From contig JBIOYL010000188.1 of assembly GCA_044870185.1 (NCBI GenBank), positions 1 to 51,172 on the forward strand: a stretch of DNA of 51,172 nt, given 5' to 3'. Positions 1 to 8,476 of this stretch are shown here, one piece after another; position 1 is the stretch's first letter, and every line of letters begins with the position of its first letter. The notes beneath the pieces are model-generated. The model made no database searches. It saw only the letters and a list, made by a program, of their open reading frames with translations, and was not told the DNA's origin. Source of the DNA: Actinomycetes bacterium (GTDB lineage: Bacteria; Actinomycetota; CALGFH01). A program made the translations under genes and the position numbers.

Positions 1-209
1 GCCGCCATCAACGGCTGACGGAAGAACCCGTTGAGTACAACGTCGTACTCCATCAACGGCGACATGATAAACGGAGTCCCAACCTCCAGGTCCTCGTCGA
101 GCAACCACTGCGACCAACCGGACGGAAGCCCTGACACGAACGGCAGCGGTGCACCCGGCGACGGTAGTTCAGCGCGGGTGAACCGCACCCGCCATGCCTC
201 TCTGATCAT
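1..209 (-). CDS. 5' end of an ORF running off the left edge; product unknown (N-terminus vaguely like some actinobacterial integrase N-termini)
   Basis: Absent from the ORF track because it has no stop in the window. ATG at 209-207 (complement), open to position 1. Translation MIREAWRVRFTRAELPSPGAPLPFVSGLPSGWSQWLLDEDLEVGTPFIMSPLMEYDVVLNGFFRQPLMA is protein-like with mostly G/C third positions. The DNA is visibly less GC-rich than the rest. Confidence 0.4.
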   Translation of the reverse strand, partial: MIREAWRVRFTRAELPSPGAPLPFVSGLPSGWSQWLLDEDLEVGTPFIMSPLMEYDVVLNGFFRQPLMA

Positions 210-229
210 AAGCGGCGATCTTCCGGTCA

Positions 230-739
230 ATGACCGCCTGTGCACAAGGGATCGTCATCAAGCCGCTGGACGGCCCGTACCGCCCGGGCCAGTCCGGCTG
301 GCACAAGCTGCGGGCCCGGACCACCACGGAGGCGATCGTCGCCGGCGTCACCGGCTCGGCGCGTGAGCCCCGCACGCTGCTGCTGGCCCGACTCGACCGC
401 ACCGGTCACTTGCGCTACGTCGGGCGGACCGCCCCGCTGGCGGCGCCATCCCGGCGCGAGATCGCGCTGCTATTGCAGCCGGCCACAGATCACCCGTGGC
501 CGGTGCCGCTGCCGGTGGCCTGGCAGGGCCGCCTCGGCAGACCGGAACCGCTGCCCTACGTGCCGCTGGTGCCGTCGCTGGTGGCCGAGTTCGGTGCCGA
601 TGTGGCCTTCGAGACTGGCCGGTTCCGGCATCCCGTGCGCTATCTGCGTCCGCGCCTGGACCTCGACCCGGCTGACATCCCGCCCTGGACTTACGCGCGA
701 CGGCCTGCAGGAAGCGGGACAGCCGCAGCCACCGAGTGA
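230..739 (+). pseudogene. ATP-dependent DNA ligase, C-terminal fragment only (motif V plus OB-fold region); adenylation domain missing
   Basis: Translation opens inside a ligase motif-V-like segment (GIVIKPLDGPYRPGQSGWHKLRAR) and continues through an OB-fold-like tail. An in-frame TAA at 209-211 removes everything upstream, and no KxDG motif is present. Confidence 0.6.
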
Positions 740-921
740 GCTGCGCTGCCGACCCATGCCGCCGGCGGGGTTGGTCGCCTCGGCGGAACACCACGGCCGG
801 ACACCTGGGCGGCAAGCCTGGCCAACACCCGTCCTCCACCGTCGGCCGTCCAGATAGGACCTTGGTCGTGGCGTGCGAAACCCCTTTCCCTGGCGGCAGT
901 GACGGTGGTCTACTGATTGCC

Positions 922-957
922 AAGGTGGTGCGCCCTCCCCCGTGGGCACACCACCTT
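922..957 (+). terminator. Stem-loop downstream of the ligase fragment
   Basis: aaggtggtgcgccc / gggcacaccacctt pair at 13 of 14 positions around an 8-nt loop. No clear U-tract. Confidence 0.35.
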
Positions 958-1051
958 CGATCGTCTCTTGCCGGGACGTGTCCGACGTTCGCGATGTGCT
1001 GTGGGCACACACCGCTCCGCTGCGCCGGAGCCACCGAACGGAGGTCATCAG

Positions 1052-1252
1052 ATGGCGCGATACGCCACCCCGGGCGAGCTGAAGGCCGGCGACTGGTTCG
1101 TCGATCCGCATCGCGAGGGCAGGCGGCCCGCCGTGGTCGTCAAGGTGCTCAAGTCCGACCAGGGCAAGGTGAATTTCGAGCTGAACGACGACACCAAGTG
1201 GGGTGCCTGGACGGCCAGCTACGAGGCCGACGAGCAGCTCGAACTGGCCTGA
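1052..1252 (+). CDS. Small hypothetical protein (66 aa)
   Basis: ATG preceded by GGAGG SD (1040-1044). Protein-like translation MARYATPGELKAGDWFVDPH...; the upstream part of the listed ORF 917..1252 is Arg/Pro junk. Confidence 0.6.
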   Translation: MARYATPGELKAGDWFVDPHREGRRPAVVVKVLKSDQGKVNFELNDDTKWGAWTASYEADEQLELA

Positions 1253-1266
1253 CCGCACTCCACGAT

Positions 1267-1299
1267 GTGCCCGGCCGCGCTTCCCCGACGGCCGGGCAC
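1267..1299 (+). terminator. Perfect 11-bp stem-loop after the 66-aa gene
   Basis: gtgcccggccg (1267-1277) pairs perfectly with cggccgggcac (1289-1299); it starts 15 nt after the stop codon. Confidence 0.45.
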
Positions 1300-1365
1300 C
1301 CCAGGTCAAACCAGCAAGCCGGGCGTCGCGCTGGCGCACGCACGTTCTGGAGAGGATCGGCCCCG

Positions 1366-1740
1366 ATGAACTTCCAGCCTCAGCTCGCCCAGCTGGTGAT
1401 GGCCGGGCAGAAGTCCGTGACGCGCCGGATCGCCAACGGCAACCCGCGTTCCCCGTGGAGCGCCGACGGTTGCAAGCTGAAGATCGGCGCCGACTACGCC
1501 GTGTGCCCCGGCCGCGGCAAGCCCGCTATCGGACGCGCCCGCGTCTTGAGCGTCGCGCTGGTCCGCCTGGGTCATCTGTCCACGGAGGAGGCCCGGCGGG
1601 AGGGCTTCGACAGCCCGGCCGCGTTCGAGGCGGCCTTCGCCCGCATCAACGGCCGCTACGACCCGGACGCGATGGTCTGGCGCGTCGAGGTCGAACGGGT
1701 CACCGTCACGCCCGGCCGCCGGTCTCACTCCGGCTCCTGA
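1366..1740 (+). CDS. ASCH-domain protein
   Basis: MNFQPQLAQLVMAGQKSVTRRI... matches the ASCH N-terminal pattern (G-x-K-x-x-T-R-R). SD GGAGAGGA lies upstream. It is the in-frame tail of listed ORF 736..1740. Confidence 0.7.
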   Translation: MNFQPQLAQLVMAGQKSVTRRIANGNPRSPWSADGCKLKIGADYAVCPGRGKPAIGRARVLSVALVRLGHLSTEEARREGFDSPAAFEAAFARINGRYDPDAMVWRVEVERVTVTPGRRSHSGS

Positions 1741-2906
1741 TTCCCCTCACCCATCAGGTGATCCATCAAGGTGAACCCGGGTGGAGTCTCCACGTCGATC
1801 AACTCGTGCATGAATTGCGGGACAATCACCTGCAGAAGCTGGTACTGCCCGTTGGGGATCGCCTCGCGCAGCACCCGTAACGCCCGGGCCGTGTGCAGCA
1901 GGCCGACCGCCGTGGACGCCCGCGAGGCCAGGGTGTCCCGGCGGGCACGCAGCTCCGTCCGGACGATCATCCGGTGCAGGCCGACGACACTGCCCAGAAA
2001 CCACTCCAGGCACCCCGGCCCCGGCTGGCCGGCGGCCAGCTCGGCCTCCACGTTCTCGACCAGCTGCAGGGCCCAGACCCGCTGGGCGGCGGCGGTCTGC
2101 CACGCCAGCCGCAGCTGTTCGGACGTGGCCTGCTCGACGACCAGCAGCAGATCCTTGCGCATGTCCCCGGCGGGCATCATGGTGAATCCGGCGGCATCAC
2201 CGATCAGCGTCAGGTCGGGGTTGTTCTCGTACTCGAGCATCGACGCGGCGGGCATCGCGGCCCCCGCTGGGCCCATCGCCCGCATCATCGCGGCCATGGC
2301 CGGACCGGTCAGCTCCGTGCCTCCACCGAGCACCGCGGCCACCGACAGCGCGTCCAGGTCACGAGCGTTCATCGGCTCCGGTTGCGCGGGGCCCTTGTCG
2401 TACTGGGCGATCGACTCGTGTGACCACGGCAGCCACGCGGCGAGCTGATCGTCGATGCGCCGCATCCGCCTGGGCACCAGCACCCCGCGCGGGTGGGCGT
2501 CGAGCTCGCGCGCCACGACCTCCCACGTCCAGTCGCCGCGGTCGCCACCTTCGACGGCTTGCACCTCTCGCTCTGCCTTGAGCACCACCCGGTGGATGCT
2601 GGCGGCCAGCGCCGCCCGCACGGCGGGTTCGGGCACGACCAGGCCGGCGTCATACGCCAGCAGCGCCAGGTCGTGCGGGCGCCGCCCCGCCCGCGCGTGA
2701 CGCCCGAGCAACACCACCAGGTCGCCGGCCCCATCGGCCGGAGCGGAGGTGCTGCCGCGTCCCCGGCCGAGCGCACGCTGCGTGTTGGGCGGGAGCAGTC
2801 CGTGCGCGCGCCAGCGCTCAAGCTGCGACGCGGTGACCTTTACCGCGTGGGCTTCGGCGTACGCGACCAACTGCCGGTCGGCGGCTGACGGCGTTCCACG
2901 GGACAC
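1725..2906 (-). CDS. Hypothetical protein (393 aa)
   Basis: Long ORF with balanced composition, GTG start. It lies downstream of and co-oriented with the exonuclease gene. Confidence 0.65.
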   Translation of the reverse strand: MSRGTPSAADRQLVAYAEAHAVKVTASQLERWRAHGLLPPNTQRALGRGRGSTSAPADGAGDLVVLLGRHARAGRRPHDLALLAYDAGLVVPEPAVRAALAASIHRVVLKAEREVQAVEGGDRGDWTWEVVARELDAHPRGVLVPRRMRRIDDQLAAWLPWSHESIAQYDKGPAQPEPMNARDLDALSVAAVLGGGTELTGPAMAAMMRAMGPAGAAMPAASMLEYENNPDLTLIGDAAGFTMMPAGDMRKDLLLVVEQATSEQLRLAWQTAAAQRVWALQLVENVEAELAAGQPGPGCLEWFLGSVVGLHRMIVRTELRARRDTLASRASTAVGLLHTARALRVLREAIPNGQYQLLQVIVPQFMHELIDVETPPGFTLMDHLMGEGNQEPE

Positions 2907-2987
2907 GTGCAGACCATACGTCCACCGCGGCTACCCGGGTCTACCGCCGCTGCGGCGCATCGGCTGCGGAGAGGCCGGACTAGGGGT

Positions 2988-3173
2988 TCACGCCTGACCG
3001 CCAACGTCCGGCGCGGACGGCAGTTCGGCCTGCAGGTACAGGGTGTACCCATCACCATCGCGGCGCGGGCGCGGCTGGCGGCTTTCGCCGACCACCGTCA
3101 GCACGGTAGCCACGCGATCTGCAGCGGCGTGGAGCTCGTCGAGGTCAGCCGCGACGAGCCGTACGCGGATCAT
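2988..3173 (-). CDS. Small hypothetical protein (61 aa), translationally coupled to the exonuclease gene
   Basis: Its ATG overlaps the exonuclease TGA (ATGA at 3170-3173). Translation: MIRVRLVAADLDELHAAADRVATVLTVVGE... Confidence 0.5.
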   Translation of the reverse strand: MIRVRLVAADLDELHAAADRVATVLTVVGESRQPRPRRDGDGYTLYLQAELPSAPDVGGQA

Positions 3174-4825
3174 CGGCGCAGCGCCTTGGGCTGGAACGCC
3201 GGAGCGGTCATTGCGGCGAGCAGTTCGGCGGCCACCTCGCAGTCTCCCCGCGCCCTGTGCCCCCCGCCCAGCGGCAGCCACCGGTGGCGCATCAGCCAGT
3301 CCGAGCGCCGGTTCATCAAACACGACCAGCGATGCTCGTCGGCAAGGTGGCGCGGGTCCAAGCCGTCGCGGCGGGCGTGCCGGGCCAGGGTGCCTTGGTC
3401 AAACTCGGCGTTGTACGCCAGTACCGTGCGGCCCTGGGTGACCTCCAGCAGCCGGGGCATCACCTGCGCCAGAGGCGGGGCGTCGACAAGTTCCTCATCG
3501 CTGATGCCGTGCACCCAGCGGGCCCCTGGCTGCACCGGGCAGCCCGGGTTCACCAGGGTGTCCAGCAGTACCTCGCCGGTGGCCGCGTCCAGGACGGCAA
3601 TCTCCACGACGTAGCCGACCAGATCGGTGGTCTCGGTGTCGAGGATGACGGCCGCGCCGGGTTCGCGCATCGCCCGGGCCCAGCGCAGCGCGGCGCCAGC
3701 CTCCGTGGCCACCGCGATCGACTCACGATGCTGGCGCAAGTACGGATGGGCGAGGATCGCCGCCTTGAACTCCTTGACGGTGGGGCCGCCGTCCACTCGC
3801 TCGAAGTCGACCTCCCAACTCCCGGCGTTGTTGTTCCACCAGGCCCACACTTCGCAGCGGTACCGGTCGCCCAACTCAGCGATGCCCCGCCGGATGACCG
3901 CCGCCCGGTCGATTGGCCGGCGGGCCAGGTGCCGCAGCGGCGACGGCTCGCCCGGCTTGACCGTCCGCACGGCTTCCCAGTCGATATCCGGGTGCTCGCG
4001 CAGCCCTTCCAAATCGCCGACCCGGTAGAGCGGCACGTCCACCCACCTGTACTTGGTGACCTGGGTGGCGGTATGGGTCTTCGGCGCAACCAGGTCCGCC
4101 GCCAGCAGCCACTTGAAATCACTCTCGCGGATCTCCAGGTGAACGGCGGCCTGGTGGGTCATCAGCAGCCGGTCTAGCCGCACCTGCTCGGCCAGCTCCT
4201 CGTCGCCGGCGAGTGCATCCAGGTCGGACTTGGCGTACCGGTCTAACCGCCCCATCGTCAGGCCGCGCTGCTTGGCGACCCGGCCGAACTCGTCGCGCCG
4301 CCAGCCGAGGTATCCAGGGGCGTCCCACTGGCTGACGCTGCTCGCGACCCACGCCTGGCGCTCGGCCACGATCGCACCCAGCGCGTCCACGTCGACCGCA
4401 TCCAACGCCCTGCAGTCCCACAGCGGCCATTCCTTGTACCAGCCAGCCACCGCGAGCGTTCCGGCGTCCGCCAGCGCCTCGACGTCGTGCTTCTGCACCT
4501 CCAGACCGGTCCGTTCGGCCAGCCGGGCCGCGGCCTTGTGTCCGCCGATCGGCGCGTCCACTCCCACGAAGGCCACGATCTCGTCGCGTCGCTGGGCCAC
4601 CTCGTTGGCTACCGCACGCGACCAGCGTCCCGTCGCAGTGTCGGGGGCCGGGATCAGCCCGGCGGCCCGGGCGGCGTCCCACTGCCACTCGGCCAGTCCG
4701 GTGTGCCGGAGCACCTGCACCGGGCCGAAATCGGTCAGCGGCGGCTTCGGCTTGGGCTCCGTGCGGGCCGCGGTCGGCACCACTGCGGCACCGGTTCCGG
4801 TCGTGCTCTCAGCCACGTTGCTCAC
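3170..4825 (-). CDS. DnaQ/epsilon-like DEDD 3'-5' exonuclease fused to a ~370-aa N-terminal region of unknown function
   Basis: C-terminus carries ILDTETTDL (Exo I), AYNAEFD (Exo II) and HRARGDCE (Exo III, DEDDh). GTG start at 4825 is preceded by GAGAGGAA. The listed 739-aa ORF is N-terminally over-extended. Confidence 0.85.
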   Translation of the reverse strand: MSNVAESTTGTGAAVVPTAARTEPKPKPPLTDFGPVQVLRHTGLAEWQWDAARAAGLIPAPDTATGRWSRAVANEVAQRRDEIVAFVGVDAPIGGHKAAARLAERTGLEVQKHDVEALADAGTLAVAGWYKEWPLWDCRALDAVDVDALGAIVAERQAWVASSVSQWDAPGYLGWRRDEFGRVAKQRGLTMGRLDRYAKSDLDALAGDEELAEQVRLDRLLMTHQAAVHLEIRESDFKWLLAADLVAPKTHTATQVTKYRWVDVPLYRVGDLEGLREHPDIDWEAVRTVKPGEPSPLRHLARRPIDRAAVIRRGIAELGDRYRCEVWAWWNNNAGSWEVDFERVDGGPTVKEFKAAILAHPYLRQHRESIAVATEAGAALRWARAMREPGAAVILDTETTDLVGYVVEIAVLDAATGEVLLDTLVNPGCPVQPGARWVHGISDEELVDAPPLAQVMPRLLEVTQGRTVLAYNAEFDQGTLARHARRDGLDPRHLADEHRWSCLMNRRSDWLMRHRWLPLGGGHRARGDCEVAAELLAAMTAPAFQPKALRR

Positions 4826-5045
4826 CTGCCGGGTTCCTCTCGTTCCGGTGACAGCGGCGGATCCAGGATGCCGCAGCCGTACGACGGTTCCTGGTAGCCC
4901 GTGCCGCCTTGCCTGTTCAGGCGACCAAGGGCTCATGCGGCGACGTGGACAGCGTTTAGAGCCCCGCGACCTTCGGAGAGCTGACCATGGTGCGGCTTGG
5001 TTGGCTTGACGCAATGCCCCAGGTGGGGGCGCTGGTACGGAGGCA

Positions 5046-5234
5046 GTGATGTCTCGTAAGGAAACTCCCGATGGGCCGCAGCCGCCGCTGCTTGATCCGC
5101 GCACGTGTCTGGTGGTGGCGATGGCGGCCGGCGCGGGCCTGGCCTCCGCCCACAGCGAGTCGTGGGCCACCGCGATCACCACCGGCCTGGCGGTGCTGGT
5201 GGCGCTGCAGGCAGTGATCGGGCGGTGGAGATGA
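5046..5234 (+). CDS. Small putative membrane protein (62 aa)
   Basis: SD ACGGAGG upstream. Two hydrophobic segments (CLVVAMAAGAGLA, TGLAVLVALQAVIG). Confidence 0.4.
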   Translation: MMSRKETPDGPQPPLLDPRTCLVVAMAAGAGLASAHSESWATAITTGLAVLVALQAVIGRWR

Positions 5235-5243
5235 CGGTCAGGT

Positions 5244-5747
5244 TCAGCCGACGGCCAGCACCGCAGGATGCCGGTCGGCTGGGTGGTACGCCCAGGTGCT
5301 GGCGCTGGCACCAGTGATCTGCCAGCGGTCGGTGACGTCCCAGCGCTGCTCGGCCAGGATGGTGGCAGCGGCGCGGATCGCCCCGGCAAGGCTCACGCCG
5401 CTGTCGCCGAGGCCGTCGCGGATCGGCGCAAGGTGCTCGGCCAGCGTGCGGCGCAGCCACCACCGGCCGGACTCGTCGGTGTGCACGCGCAGCGTCCATA
5501 CCGCCGTCGCCCATTCGGGCTGGTGTTCTGCCTTGCCAAGCTCGGTGGTGGCCTGGTCACCGTCGCGCCGCCACGGCCCTACGGGCACCTCCCGCCGGGT
5601 CCGGGCCAGCACGATCTCGGCTTCGACGATCGCGTCCTCGAGGCGGCTGGCGTGAAGGCGCAGGCCGCTGGAGACGAACCCGCCGCCGTACAGACGCGCG
5701 CACCAGATGCCGCTGTCGTCGCGTCGCACCATGACGGTGTGGCTCAT
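5244..5747 (-). CDS. Hypothetical protein (167 aa)
   Basis: Strong SD GGGAGGGAAG before the ATG; globular-looking translation. Confidence 0.65.
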   Translation of the reverse strand: MSHTVMVRRDDSGIWCARLYGGGFVSSGLRLHASRLEDAIVEAEIVLARTRREVPVGPWRRDGDQATTELGKAEHQPEWATAVWTLRVHTDESGRWWLRRTLAEHLAPIRDGLGDSGVSLAGAIRAAATILAEQRWDVTDRWQITGASASTWAYHPADRHPAVLAVG

Positions 5748-5900
5748 GTCTTCCCTCCCGTGCCGGGACCTGTTTCGGTGAGTGTCCCCCGTAGATCAGA
5801 CATGAGCTAGCTGGGCGCAATCGGCGGGCCGCCCCCGGCGCGGACGACCACCGGGCCGGACGGCTTGTTCGGCGTCGCTCCCTCGGCCCTGGTCCGGCCG

Positions 5901-5928
5901 TTGCATCGGCGGCGACGGCGAGTACGAT
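5901..5928 (+). promoter_or_regulatory. Sigma70-like promoter candidate TTGCAT-N16-TACGAT
   Basis: Hexamers read directly at 5901-5906 and 5923-5928 in a non-coding gap. Confidence 0.3.
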
Positions 5929-5934
5929 CGCTGG

Positions 5935-6065
5935 CAAGTGGCGGAATGCTAAGCGGTCATGGCAAGGGCTCGCGAAGTCCGTCCCCGTCCGGAAACGGAT
6001 GAGCAGAGGGTGTTGGGCACCCACCTTGCCCGGGCAAGGCGAGACCACGGTCTCGCCTTTCGCTT
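5935..6065 (+). ncRNA. Candidate ~130-nt structured small RNA or terminated leader
   Basis: Bounded by the promoter candidate and an intrinsic terminator. Contains a 16-nt perfect palindrome (6024-6039) overlapping the terminator stem by 2 nt, and three GGCAAG repeats. Confidence 0.25.
6038..6065 (+). terminator. Rho-independent-type terminator
   Basis: ggcgagacc / ggtctcgcc stem followed by tttcgctt. No plus-strand CDS ends nearby. Confidence 0.45.
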
Positions 6066-6177
6066 ACCCACCAAGTGAAACGGCCCTACCGCGCCGCCCG
6101 CACCCAGGCGGGGGGCAGCGAAAGTAGCCGGGCGCGACCACTATGGATGGGGACGGCCTGGGTGAGCCTGGATCGGA

Positions 6178-7011
6178 GTGACCCACATGGACGTACGGGA
6201 AGTCGAAGCGCTCGTTCGCGACACGTACCGGTCGCTGCTCGCCTCGCCCGGGCCGGCGGGCTGGGGACGACTGGGTGAGATCGTGTCGCTGGCCGAGTTG
6301 CGCGGCGCGTTGCCCGCCGCTCTCCCCCGCGATCAGCTCGACGCGGCGCTGCAGAACTTGGCCGACCACAGTGACGTTCACATCTTCCCGCGGTCGGACC
6401 AGAGGAACGCCCACCCCATTGACCAGGAAGCGGCACTGGTGGTCGGCGGGCAACACCAGCACGCCATCATGATCGATGCCGGGAAGTCGGCCGACCTGGT
6501 GGCAGGGCGGCTGAGCATGCGCGAAAGGGACCGGGCCGAGTCGATGGTGGCGGCGCTGGACGACGGCATCCTGGCCGAGGTGGCCTCCCTGATGAACGTG
6601 AACCTCAGCGACGATCCGCAGGTGCTGCGGCAGCGGCTGGTGGACACGTCAGTGGCCAATCACGACGCATGGCTGGCAGCCGCCGTCCAAACCACCGAGG
6701 ACGGCAACCTTCTCTACCGCGCGGAGAACGAGCCGCAGAGCCTGTCAGCCGACGAGATCGTCAAGGTTCAGGCGGCGGCCGGTCGGCACGCCGGCAATCC
6801 CGACAGCTGGCGCCCGATGCGTGAACGAGCCGAACGCTGGCTGGCCCAGACCGCCTCGGCAGGCCCGCAGACGCCCCCGACGGCGGCGAGCTTGGCCCGC
6901 ACATCGTTCTCGACACCGGCCGAGGCGGGTACGCCCCCGGATGCCGCCGCGGCGCCCGGCAGCGCTGGCACCACGGCGGTGCAGCAAGGCACACCACACC
7001 GGCGCCGATAG
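6178..7011 (+). CDS. Hypothetical protein (277 aa) with Pro/Ala/Thr-rich tail
   Basis: GTG (or ATG at 6187) after GGATCGGAG; protein-like N-terminal 230 aa. Confidence 0.65.
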   Translation: MTHMDVREVEALVRDTYRSLLASPGPAGWGRLGEIVSLAELRGALPAALPRDQLDAALQNLADHSDVHIFPRSDQRNAHPIDQEAALVVGGQHQHAIMIDAGKSADLVAGRLSMRERDRAESMVAALDDGILAEVASLMNVNLSDDPQVLRQRLVDTSVANHDAWLAAAVQTTEDGNLLYRAENEPQSLSADEIVKVQAAAGRHAGNPDSWRPMRERAERWLAQTASAGPQTPPTAASLARTSFSTPAEAGTPPDAAAAPGSAGTTAVQQGTPHRRR

Positions 7012-7018
7012 ACCGGGA

Positions 7019-7393
7019 TCAGCGGCAGCACTGCTCCGCTGCCGCCTTCATGAGGGGCCTGCGCCCGACAGCCAACTCTCGCAGCCAGCCCCCACGCCTG
7101 GGCGCGCGGTCGGCGAACGCCGCCGCCAGGTCCAGCCAATCGTCGAAAGTGACCTGCAGCTGATGGGCCGAGGCGAGCCGACCGGCGACCTGCTGCGGAG
7201 TCCAGCCCTCCTCGATCTGCGGCATCCACGCCCCCGATCTGTCGGTCCAGAACGCAAGCCGGCCCGGCCGAGAATCGCTGCGCAACATGATGTCGCAGGT
7301 CCAGTCGTTGTCGGCGCACTCCACAAAGACGCCCGGGAACACCTTCCGGCGGCGCCAGCCGTGCCACGCGGTGGCGAACTGGCTTTCCATCAT
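7019..7393 (-). CDS. Hypothetical protein (~124 aa); start uncertain
   Basis: In-frame tail of listed ORF 7019..7561 beginning MMESQFATAWHGW...; no good SD. Confidence 0.5.
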   Translation of the reverse strand: MMESQFATAWHGWRRRKVFPGVFVECADNDWTCDIMLRSDSRPGRLAFWTDRSGAWMPQIEEGWTPQQVAGRLASAHQLQVTFDDWLDLAAAFADRAPRRGGWLRELAVGRRPLMKAAAEQCCR

Positions 7394-7511
7394 GAGGACT
7401 GGCAGGGCGGACCAGCCCAGATGAACGCAGCTCAGCGCCAGGCCCTCACCGACGATCGCGTGCTGTCTGTCGCGTAACACGACACCACCTTCTGTCTCCG
7501 CGTACCGTCCG

Positions 7512-7877
7512 CTAACTGGATGCAGGCTTGCCGGTGTCGAGCTGGGCGCGCAGATCGGCAAAGACGGTTCGTGCGCTCTCCACAGTGTCCTCGCCGATGT
7601 CGAACCGCAGCCGCTCCAGCGCCTCGTCGGCGGTGTACCCGGCGGCCGCGAGCCGATCGCGGTCGTCGATGATCACGGCGACGGCGAGGACTTCACCGCT
7701 CGACCAGGCGGGCCACGGCTGGCCAGGATCGAGCCGGCGCACGAGGCGCGCCTTGTTCAGCCAGTCGTCCAGCAGCCGCGGCCCGGTGCCTGCGGTCTGG
7801 TCCGCGATCCACTGCTGCAGACCGCCGCGTGGGATGACGATCGGCTCGTCGCGGCCGCCGAACTGCTGCTGGCCCAT
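7512..7877 (-). CDS. Conserved small protein, paralog family copy 1 (121 aa)
   Basis: Clear paralog of 17042..17371 (shared PIVIPRGGLQQW, PWPAWS-GEVLAVAVI, EALERLR). SD AGAAAGG. Confidence 0.7.
   Translation of the reverse strand: MGQQQFGGRDEPIVIPRGGLQQWIADQTAGTGPRLLDDWLNKARLVRRLDPGQPWPAWSSGEVLAVAVIIDDRDRLAAAGYTADEALERLRFDIGEDTVESARTVFADLRAQLDTGKPASS
7809..7844. repeat. 36-nt segment matching 17312-17347 at 35 of 36 positions
   Basis: ccactgctgcagaccgccgcgtgggatgacgatcgg versus ccactgctgcagtccgccgcgtgggatgacgatcgg. Confidence 0.8.
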
Positions 7878-7890
7878 GTCGCGTCCTTTC

Positions 7891-8394
7891 TTAGAGCTGC
7901 TCTGCCGACGGGCCCAGGGTTGTGATCACTACGCCGGTCAGGCGCTGGCGTGCATCTCGCGCGTGCCCGCCGCACATCGGCCCACCGCTGCCATCTTCGC
8001 CGGTGACCTGGTACATCACCAGCTCCGTGCAGGGCAGGCCAGCCCGGTCGTAGTTCCAGGCGCGGCCACATCCCGGCGAGCGGCACCAGGACGTGCCGCC
8101 GCTGCTGGACAGGGTGTTGCCGTGCTCGGGGCATACGCCCCAGTCAGCGGGGCACTCGCCACGGCCACGTACACGGGCCAAGTCGCTGGCGGTCGCGTGC
8201 AGCTCGGCGGCGATCCGGTGGGCGGCGCCGGCGGCGTCGCCGAGGCGGAAGCCGCTGCGCTGGGTCGGCTCGTCCAGCGCGTCGCGAAGCCCGCGGTGCA
8301 GTGCGGCGATCGCCTCGGCCAGCTCGTCGGCGCGGGCCGCCAAGTCGCGCAGGTCGGCCGGAGTGGCGGGTGGGAGACCTTCGTCGGCGTTCAT
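7891..8394 (-). CDS. Hypothetical protein with C-terminal Cys-rich (zinc-ribbon-like) region
   Basis: CPADWGVCPEHG...WCRSPGCG...PMCGGH. ATG at 8394 chosen; a GTG at 8457 is possible. Confidence 0.55.
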   Translation of the reverse strand: MNADEGLPPATPADLRDLAARADELAEAIAALHRGLRDALDEPTQRSGFRLGDAAGAAHRIAAELHATASDLARVRGRGECPADWGVCPEHGNTLSSSGGTSWCRSPGCGRAWNYDRAGLPCTELVMYQVTGEDGSGGPMCGGHARDARQRLTGVVITTLGPSAEQL

Positions 8395-8476
8395 CGTCGA
8401 TGCCGTTCTTGCTGCTGGAGTGCGATGATCCGGGGTGCGGCTCGGGGCGAACGTCACTCGTCCCGAGCCGTGGCTA

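Noticed and set aside
5960-6010. Resemblance of GTCCGGAAACGGATGAGCAG and GAAGTCCG to SRP RNA or RNase P RNA motifs
   Set aside because: These are only short partial matches. The surrounding conserved helices are absent, and the length between promoter and terminator does not fit either RNA.
5959-6078. 39-codon ORF (MARAREVRPRPETDEQRVLGTHLARARRDHGLAFRLPTK)
   Set aside because: It has a weak SD, third-position GC well below neighbouring genes, and it runs through the terminator hairpin. It is kept only as an alternative (decayed XRE fragment) in the sRNA finding.
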